Below are positions 57,517 to 64,000 of a stretch of DNA of 64,000 bases, in pieces. The notes under the pieces are model-generated. The model saw only the letters and a list, made by a program, of their open reading frames with translations. It did no database searches and was not told the DNA's origin. Source of the DNA: an uncultured virus (IMG/VR IMGVR_UViG_3300037422_000307) (lineage: Duplodnaviria > Heunggongvirae > Uroviricota > Caudoviricetes); the IMG/VR virus record IMGVR_UViG_3300037422_000307, positions 1-64,000 of that record. The stretch is one strand, 5' to 3'. Positions within the stretch are counted from its first letter, which is position 1; every line of letters begins with the position of its first letter. The position numbers and the translations under genes are program-made.

Positions 57517-57997
57517 CGCCGCCCTGCTCGCTGTTGTCTGCGCCTGCGGAGCGCGGACGCAACCGATGTCGAAAGCTGACGACATGCGGGAGCACAAGGC
57601 CGATGAGAAGATCAAGGCTGAGGCGTGGGTCATGTCTCATGGAAATGTCCCCGGCGACGACGACGGTGCCCCAGAAGATGGGGCGTACGTCGTGGAAAAC
57701 TCCCCGGAAGCGATATGCCCCGAAGGTCAACTGTGGTTCGACGGCCGCTGTGCGCCCAAGAAGACGGTGAAGCAGGCAATCGAGATCAAGGACGAGAAAG
57801 CACTCGTGAAGGCGCAAGGCACGGACGCTCGGGCCGTCTCCGAAGCCACGACCGAACTCATCGAGCAGCAGATTGTTCAGGCACGAAAGAGCGAAACTGA
57901 CCTTGACGAGATTATCTCGATCCTTGAGGAACGTCAGGACAAGGGGACAGAGACCAAGACACCAGAGGGGCCGCAGCCAGAGGGGCCGCAGCCATGA
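57479..57997 (+). CDS. Putative lipoprotein (o-spanin-like arrangement)
   Basis: Basic N-terminus, AALLAVVCAC lipobox-like; start overlaps the upstream TM gene. Confidence 0.55.
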   Translation: MRSRSSWHRRGRSAALLAVVCACGARTQPMSKADDMREHKADEKIKAEAWVMSHGNVPGDDDGAPEDGAYVVENSPEAICPEGQLWFDGRCAPKKTVKQAIEIKDEKALVKAQGTDARAVSEATTELIEQQIVQARKSETDLDEIISILEERQDKGTETKTPEGPQPEGPQP

Positions 57998-58227
57998 CGG
58001 AGCGAAACGCTGCCGTTGGTCGGGGGGTTCGCGTGTACGAGTACACGAATCAGGATGGAGTCACGTTCTGGTCGTTTGAGAAGCTGCCCACGGTTGTGAC
58101 CCACTCGCACACGATGAAGATGGGGGACCGAGTGGGGACCCACTTCGATAACTACCTGGCCGAGCTGAGAGCCCTCCGCCGCTACCTGATCGACGAAGAG
58201 ACCGACGAGGAACCCGGCGGTGGGTAG
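57994..58227 (+). CDS. Small hypothetical protein
   Basis: ATGA overlap. Confidence 0.6.
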   Translation: MTERNAAVGRGVRVYEYTNQDGVTFWSFEKLPTVVTHSHTMKMGDRVGTHFDNYLAELRALRRYLIDEETDEEPGGG

Positions 58228-58237
58228 AGTCGACACA

Positions 58238-58588
58238 ATGCAGGAAACCATGGAGACCGAAGAGCAGACCACGGCAACCCCAGAGACCCCCGAGATTCCG
58301 GGCAACCTCGGACGCCTTTCTCCCGAGGAGCAGACGGCGATCCAGACGCTGCGCCAGGAATCGACAAGGCTTCTCCAGCAGATCGGCGAGCACGAAGTGC
58401 GCAAAGTCCGTGTTCTCGGACAGCTTGACGAGATCGAACGCCGGATGCAGGAGATCATCAACAGCATCAGTCGTCGTCTGGGCGTCCAGGACGGCCAACA
58501 GTGGGTCGCTCTGGCCGATGGGACGATCCGACTGGTCACACCGCCCGCAGCACGCCAGAATGAGGCGGGAGGTCCCCCTCCCAGCTAG
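58238..58588 (+). CDS. Small coiled-coil protein
   Basis: Heptad pattern; tiles with neighbours. Confidence 0.6.
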   Translation: MQETMETEEQTTATPETPEIPGNLGRLSPEEQTAIQTLRQESTRLLQQIGEHEVRKVRVLGQLDEIERRMQEIINSISRRLGVQDGQQWVALADGTIRLVTPPAARQNEAGGPPPS

Positions 58589-58593
58589 CAGCC

Positions 58594-60177
58594 ATGACGT
58601 GCGTCAATCAGGGCCAAGAGCCATGGATCAAGAAGCCGAATCCGCTCGAGCCGCCCTCGTGCGAGACTCCGCCTCCTTCTTGTCCGCCGCTTTGTCCTGA
58701 TCCATGTCCAAGCCCAGGCCCGTTTGGCCCGAGCTGCATCGGTTGGGAGGTCGGGCCGAATGAGTGCCCAGTTGCCCCCACCAACGTCGAGGTGGTGAGT
58801 CCGTTGTTCGCCGGGACGCTCGATATCCGGTGGGACAGTCCTGCCATCCTGGCGAAGAACAGCAAGTTCGCGGTCGCCGGCGTCAACCTCTACCGTTCCG
58901 ACACGTCCGAGCGCGGTCCGTACCACCGGCTCAATGCTGTCCCCGTCGGCGGGGCATTCTACCGTGACTACACGGACAATGTCCTGGTCCAGAATGAAGT
59001 TGTCGACTGGGACACGGCGTGGCTGCAGCGGGGGGAGTCGTCGAACGAGAGACCCTGGGTCTTCCGCACGAAGAACTATCCCATCGTGAAGCGGTCCGGG
59101 CAGGCCATCGCGGCCGACGTCCCCATGGACGTCCAGCTGATCATCGACAACAAGATCGTCCCCGTGCACGCGGTGTTCGGCCCGACGGGGGAGGTCACCC
59201 TGATCAACACCCGCGGGTACGACTTCGCCACTGATAGGTGGATCGAGCCCGTCCTGCCGCAGGGTCCGCAGACAGCGGTCTCCCTGACCTACTACTACAA
59301 CCGCAATGCCGTGCGGACGATGCTCGACCACAAGACGTGGTACCGAGTCACGACTGTGGCACAGGACCCCACGTCACCTACCGGATTCCGCGAGACTCCT
59401 CTCGACTTCGCCGAGCCCGTGACATATCGCGCCGTGGAGCGCATCGACTACATCTGGCGCGAGGCGATTCGCCGCAACAACTGGATCCTCGAGCAGGGCG
59501 GCGAACGGGTCAAGGTGTTCATCCGCAAGCAGTCCGGGGCGCAATGCTTCTGCGGGAGGGATCCTCGTACGATTGAGTTCAACCAGCAGCCGGATTCCAG
59601 ATGCCACGTGTGCTTCGGAACCGGATTTATCGGTGGGTATGAGGGGCCGTATGACGCGATCCTCTCTCCTGACGATAACGACCGAGCCGTGCGGCAGACT
59701 CCAACAGGGAGACGGCTTGAGCACGTTCAAGATGTGTGGACGGGCCCGTCTCCGTTGCTCACCCAGCGTGACTTTATCGTCAAGCAGACGAACGAGCGCT
59801 ACAGCATCGGTCCCGTGCGCAAGCCGTCCGCGCGCGGGAACATCATGCAGCAGCATTTCCAGATCGCCTACTTGGAGGAAAATGACATCCGCTACCAGAT
59901 CCCGTTGTTTGACACGACGGAACTCTGCTGGCCCGAGTGCAGGGGACGCCCGGCCGTCATGCAGGGCGGTGCGTGGCAGACCGAGTACCCACCACTCGGG
60001 CCATATCCGACCGGAGCGGATTACCAGCAGACTCCGATGCAGACCGAGAAGGAAAACATCCCGGACGAGCGAGAGCAGCGCGGCCGTACCCCGGTGTGGT
60101 CCAATCTGACCTACGCTCTGTTGCCCTTCGCGGTATGGTTGGGGGAGGCCTTCTCCTCTGTTCTTGGATCCGTGTGA
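58594..60177 (+). CDS. Putative neck/head-closure protein with FN3-like and zinc-finger regions
   Basis: PVAPTNVEV..LDIRW..GVNLYRS; CFC...CHVCFGTGFIGGY; Pro/Cys-rich N-terminus. Confidence 0.6.
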   Translation: MTCVNQGQEPWIKKPNPLEPPSCETPPPSCPPLCPDPCPSPGPFGPSCIGWEVGPNECPVAPTNVEVVSPLFAGTLDIRWDSPAILAKNSKFAVAGVNLYRSDTSERGPYHRLNAVPVGGAFYRDYTDNVLVQNEVVDWDTAWLQRGESSNERPWVFRTKNYPIVKRSGQAIAADVPMDVQLIIDNKIVPVHAVFGPTGEVTLINTRGYDFATDRWIEPVLPQGPQTAVSLTYYYNRNAVRTMLDHKTWYRVTTVAQDPTSPTGFRETPLDFAEPVTYRAVERIDYIWREAIRRNNWILEQGGERVKVFIRKQSGAQCFCGRDPRTIEFNQQPDSRCHVCFGTGFIGGYEGPYDAILSPDDNDRAVRQTPTGRRLEHVQDVWTGPSPLLTQRDFIVKQTNERYSIGPVRKPSARGNIMQQHFQIAYLEENDIRYQIPLFDTTELCWPECRGRPAVMQGGAWQTEYPPLGPYPTGADYQQTPMQTEKENIPDEREQRGRTPVWSNLTYALLPFAVWLGEAFSSVLGSV

Positions 60178-60312
60178 GGGAGATGAATAGGCGGCAAAGC
60201 CCTGAAGTGAAGATCGAGCAGGTCGAGACCTCCTTGGCATTCTTCGCCCTCGGCCACAGTGCGGTGGACTACTCAGAGACCAGGTGTTCTGCCGAAGAAT
60301 GGGACACCTGAG

Positions 60313-60855
60313 ATGCCTGCTGACTTCACGCTCCGGATCAAGAAGACGTATGGAAAGACGTGGGCCAATGTCACGCAGGCTGACGTTATCACGCCGGCCT
60401 TTTTGAAAAAGGTCGGCAAAGTTCTCGTCGACAGCATCGTCTTTGAGGCGCGGAAGGATCTCGCGAACCAGGGCGGACGCCCGACCCCACGAGGATTTCC
60501 AGAGGGCATCCCGGATGACGAGAAGTTCTTCACGTCCTTCCGATTCGAGGTTGTCGGCACCGCGGTCGAGATCTACTCGGATTGGCCGTGGATCGAGCAG
60601 ATCACTGAGGGCCGACGTCCATACCCGATGGGATGGCTCACCAAGCAGGAGGGTGTCTCTAGGGTTCCCATGAAGGGCCCGGCGGGTACGGTGCTGATCA
60701 AGAGCACGCCGGCGTCCAAGGCCACGGCGTGGATTCACCCTGGCTTCCGCAAACACAACTTCATCCGTCGTGGTTATGAGCGTGCCAGACGCAAGATCGA
60801 AGACATGCTTACGGGACAGGTTGTCGACCTGCTCAAGAAGCTTCCGATCACATGA
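60313..60855 (+). CDS. Putative tail-completion/neck protein
   Basis: Basic; C-terminal WIHPGF..HNFI.RG.E.A reminiscent of HK97 gp10-like proteins. Confidence 0.55.
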   Translation: MPADFTLRIKKTYGKTWANVTQADVITPAFLKKVGKVLVDSIVFEARKDLANQGGRPTPRGFPEGIPDDEKFFTSFRFEVVGTAVEIYSDWPWIEQITEGRRPYPMGWLTKQEGVSRVPMKGPAGTVLIKSTPASKATAWIHPGFRKHNFIRRGYERARRKIEDMLTGQVVDLLKKLPIT

Positions 60856-61526
60856 GGTTGGAGGCGCAGATTCTGTGCTCGCATCCCTGCGAGATTCCAG
60901 ATCTCGGACTACGGCTTCTCCGTGGGGAGGAGCGGTGGTTGTGCTGGCAGGTAGCTGCGGGGTCTTCTGACCTCCGCAAGGAGCTGGCGAAGGGAAACGT
61001 GCGCGTCTACAGGAAAGCGAGGAGGGACAAGGCACCAAAGCTGCCACAGCCGCCGTTCGTGGCTCTCCAGCGCCCGCTACCACGACCACAATCCAAGGCC
61101 GAACCCGCGGTCGAGGAGCGTGTCGTAGAGCCGTCGCTTGATATCGATGCTCTCGCGATGAAAATCAAGACCGAGCTGATCGGTGACCTGCGGCCTGCCA
61201 TATCCGAGGAGGTGGGTCGGGCCGTGGCGGAGGTCCAGGCGTCGCAGGCGTCGCAAGGCGCGCCACTCGACGCAGGCCAGCTGGAGACCGTGTTGGAATC
61301 TGTGCTCCGTCGCGTGCTTCCCTCGGGTTCAGTGCCTTCAGCGCCCTCAGTATCTGCCCCAGCCGTGTCCAGAGCTGCGGCTCCCGAAGACCCCCTCTAC
61401 ATGCCGACGCGTCTTGTGGATCCCGAGACCCGCGCCAAGATCACGGTCCAGAAGCAGGAGACCGAGAACGCGGAGGTAGACGAGGCGGCCGAGGCCCTCC
61501 GGGCTCACAGGAAACGACGCGGGTAG
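60852..61526 (+). CDS. Hypothetical protein
   Basis: ATGA overlap; 224 aa. Confidence 0.65.
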   Translation: MRLEAQILCSHPCEIPDLGLRLLRGEERWLCWQVAAGSSDLRKELAKGNVRVYRKARRDKAPKLPQPPFVALQRPLPRPQSKAEPAVEERVVEPSLDIDALAMKIKTELIGDLRPAISEEVGRAVAEVQASQASQGAPLDAGQLETVLESVLRRVLPSGSVPSAPSVSAPAVSRAAAPEDPLYMPTRLVDPETRAKITVQKQETENAEVDEAAEALRAHRKRRG

Positions 61527-61580
61527 GATGGGGGTGTCCCCGCGCTCGTCGCGGCGGTCGAACATGCACAAGGAATCGAC

Positions 61581-63665
61581 ATGGCAGAATATGAAGGATT
61601 GATTCCCGGCGTCGGCCTCGACCTGGGCACCATGAATGTCGTGTCGGCACGTCGCACTAGCGAGGGTGTCGTCACCACCAGGATGCGCGACGCCTTCATT
61701 GACTTCCCTCGCGAGCACCGGAAGATGCTCCGCCTCTCCAACGTCAACTACGTGGAGAGGGGGGACCGGCTTGTAATTGTGGGGGACGCGGCCTACAACA
61801 TGGCCAACATGTTCGGGACGGAGGTCCGGCGTCCGCTCCAGTCGGGCCTCGTGTCGGCGGGAGAGATCGATGCTCTCGAGATCCTCGGCGTCATCATTCG
61901 CCACGTCCTGGGTGATCCTGTCGAGGAGCGCGAGGTCTGCTGCTTCAGCGTGCCTGCTGCGCCGGTGGACGATCCCTCGCGCGACGTCGTCTACCACAGA
62001 GGAGTTCTCCAGAGGATCATCGAGGAGTGCGGCTACCGTGCAGTCCCCGGCAATGAGGCCATGGCCATCGTCTACTCCGAGTGCGCCAAAGAAGGGTTCA
62101 GCGGGCTGGCGTTGAGCTACGGCGCTGGGATGACGAACATCGCGCTGGCGATCAACACGGTCGAGGGGTTTACCGCGAGCGTCGGTCGCTGCCTCGCCGG
62201 AGACTTCCCCGTCGTGACGAAACATGGTCTCGCTACCATGGAGAATCTCCGCGAAGGGGATGAGGTACTCGATGCGCACGGAAACTTCGTGGCCGTCACC
62301 GAGAAACTGGAGAATGGCCACAGGGACTCTCTCGTTGAGGTTGTCCTGGAGAATTTGCCCGGGTTTCCACATCGGCTGACCCACGATCACCGCGTCTTCG
62401 TGCGTCGCAGGTTCGGCTGGGAGTGGGTCGAGGCCGGTTCCCTCCGCGAGGGCGACGACGTGGGGGTTCCCACAATCTTGTCGGCCCGGGACAGCGGCAG
62501 CGGCTACTCATTCGGGAACCAGATCTGCGTGGCGGGAGCCAGGTCCCTCGGACGTTTGTTCGGCATGTTCCTCGGGGACGGATCGTGCGGTCCTCACGCA
62601 GAGGACCCTTCACATGTCCAGATCGCAGTTAATTGCAGAGACCAACATCTGGTCGAGGCGTATGCGGACATCTGCTTTCGCCTGTTCCATCGCGAAGTGG
62701 AGATCGTCGATGATCCGGCCGAGAATCTCACTCGCATCAAGCTCCACATCACCCCGGTGGCACGGCACTTCAAGGAGCGGTTCTACGACGAGCACGGCGT
62801 GAAGACGTGCCCCCTCGACCCATCCAAAATCGGCAATCAGATGGCCCTCGGGATCGTTCAGGGTCTCCTCGACAGCGACTCTCACGAGGAGGCCAAGCGC
62901 CACACGATCACGAACACGTCGCTCCCCGTTGTGATGCTGGCGCATCATCTTTTGAACCGTTTTGGAGTCGGACACTCTATCGTCAAGAGGGAGCCACGCG
63001 TTGGAGGACTCAACTCGCGCGGTGTCAGGATCGAGGGCAGAAAACCGTGCTATGAGATCAAGATCTGCGGCCATGTGGCGAAAAACCTCCTCGACACGAT
63101 GATCGCGTGCGAGGGGACTCAGGTGTTCGACGACTTTCCCGACTTTGTCACGTACCGCGTTCGCTCGGTCAACGTCGTCGAGTACGGGAGCAAAGTCTAC
63201 GACATCCGCGTGGCATCGTCGCACCACTCGTTCTCGTCGCCCGGGATGATCGTTCACAACTGCGGAGATTGGATCGATGCCGGGGCCGCGAGGAGCGTCG
63301 GCTCTACGCAGGCCCGCATGTGCGCAATCAAGGAGAAGGGACTCGACCTCCTGCGTCCGTCGGACCGCGAACAGGAGGCGCTTGTCGTCTACTACAAGAA
63401 CCTCATCGAGTACACGCTCGACACGATCGCGATCGAGTTTGAGAAGATCCGCAGCAGGTTCGCGCTCCCGCAGGCCATCCCAATCGTCGTCTCGGGCGGG
63501 ACAAGCAAGGCCGCGGGCTTCCTGGAGTTCTTCAAGAAGGTGTTCGAGGAGAAGCGGAAGCGCTACCCGATCGAGGTCAGCGAAATCCGTGCGGCCCGCG
63601 ACCCGCTGGAGGCCGTGGCACGAGGACTTCTCGTCCAGGCGCTCCAAGAGTACGACGAGGAATAG
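61581..63665 (+). CDS. Actin-like ATPase (MreB/ParM superfamily; 337-aa extein) containing an intein
   Basis: GLDLGT (phosphate 1), NEAMA (connect 1), SYGAGMTNI (phosphate 2), VVSGGTS (adenosine), AVARG (connect 2). Confidence 0.85.
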   Translation: MAEYEGLIPGVGLDLGTMNVVSARRTSEGVVTTRMRDAFIDFPREHRKMLRLSNVNYVERGDRLVIVGDAAYNMANMFGTEVRRPLQSGLVSAGEIDALEILGVIIRHVLGDPVEEREVCCFSVPAAPVDDPSRDVVYHRGVLQRIIEECGYRAVPGNEAMAIVYSECAKEGFSGLALSYGAGMTNIALAINTVEGFTASVGRCLAGDFPVVTKHGLATMENLREGDEVLDAHGNFVAVTEKLENGHRDSLVEVVLENLPGFPHRLTHDHRVFVRRRFGWEWVEAGSLREGDDVGVPTILSARDSGSGYSFGNQICVAGARSLGRLFGMFLGDGSCGPHAEDPSHVQIAVNCRDQHLVEAYADICFRLFHREVEIVDDPAENLTRIKLHITPVARHFKERFYDEHGVKTCPLDPSKIGNQMALGIVQGLLDSDSHEEAKRHTITNTSLPVVMLAHHLLNRFGVGHSIVKREPRVGGLNSRGVRIEGRKPCYEIKICGHVAKNLLDTMIACEGTQVFDDFPDFVTYRVRSVNVVEYGSKVYDIRVASSHHSFSSPGMIVHNCGDWIDAGAARSVGSTQARMCAIKEKGLDLLRPSDREQEALVVYYKNLIEYTLDTIAIEFEKIRSRFALPQAIPIVVSGGTSKAAGFLEFFKKVFEEKRKRYPIEVSEIRAARDPLEAVARGLLVQALQEYDEE
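62190..63260 (+). mobile_element. Intein (357 aa) with LAGLIDADG endonuclease
   Basis: CLAGDFPVVT; LTHDHRVF; FGMFLGDGS and GLLDSDS; VYDIRV..HHSF..GMIVHN then Cys+1. Confidence 0.93.
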
Positions 63666-63741
63666 CTTAGTTCTCTAGTCCTCCTATGGGCCAGGAGATT
63701 TTGCGCTGTGACCGACCAAGCCCAGGCAGAGGAGTAGATCC

Positions 63742-64000
63742 ATGTACTACTTCCTCACGGAACAAATCAACCGGAAATTCATCGAGGAAATCCGCAAGTA
63801 TTGGTCGTATCACCCGAAGTACAAGGACATTGTCCATCACATCCAGGGCAAGTACAGCTTTCGCGAGCGCCCGCAGTTCGGCATCGTGCTCAAGAACAGT
63901 GCCGGCAACCAGGTCCAGCTTGCCGCGGATAACTTCCAAGGGACGGTGCAGAGCTACGTCTACCTCGCCCATGTGGAGGGTAAGCCGAATTTGTCAGTAG
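63742..64000 (+). CDS. Hypothetical (likely virion) protein, 3'-truncated
   Basis: GAGGAG RBS, ATG 63742, open to the window end (MYYFLTEQINRKFIEEIRKYW...); promoter-like motif at 63676; not in the supplied ORF track. Confidence 0.7.
   Translation, partial: MYYFLTEQINRKFIEEIRKYWSYHPKYKDIVHHIQGKYSFRERPQFGIVLKNSAGNQVQLAADNFQGTVQSYVYLAHVEGKPNLSV

Noticed and set aside
189..63647. Many long minus-strand ORFs (e.g. 47950..50598, 30058..31773, 59374..61089)
   Set aside because: Antisense shadows of high-GC plus-strand genes; no motifs, and they fully overlap well-supported CDSs
3409..63665. Alternative genetic code or stop-codon readthrough
   Set aside because: Genes tile tightly under the standard code and all three stop codons are used at sensible ends

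Overview
GC-rich, gene-dense segment, almost entirely on the + strand, that reads as the virion-morphogenesis region of a large tailed bacteriophage. Host is unknown; the parS type and a lipoprotein signal would fit a GC-rich Gram-negative host such as a myxobacterium (inference only). All family assignments come from motif recognition by eye, not database searches. Gene order: putative internal head proteins; intein-containing prohead protease; acidic scaffold; decoration protein; HK97-like major capsid protein; two LAGLIDADG endonucleases; an IbrA/IbrB-like (PAPS-reductase + ParB-like) pair separated by an endonuclease gene; an accessory block (SET domain, DUF488, RNase HII, polysaccharide deacetylase, ClpS, Endo VII, papain-like protease, RtcB, CX5R phosphatase, GIY-YIG); a long array of modular fibre/decoration paralogues; lysis-like membrane genes; neck genes; and an intein-containing actin-like ATPase. 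Most notable: (1) a fractured structural gene carrying an atypically split intein (31-aa IntN, 132-aa IntC) whose halves are separated by a free-standing HNH gene bounded by an imperfect 26-nt direct repeat; (2) a perfect chromosomal-type parS palindrome in phage DNA; (3) inteins in a prohead protease and an actin-like protein; (4) recurring peptide motifs (K/R-x-A-S/A/G and RVAxR-aromatic) and a recurring intergenic promoter-like DNA motif marking putative virion genes.
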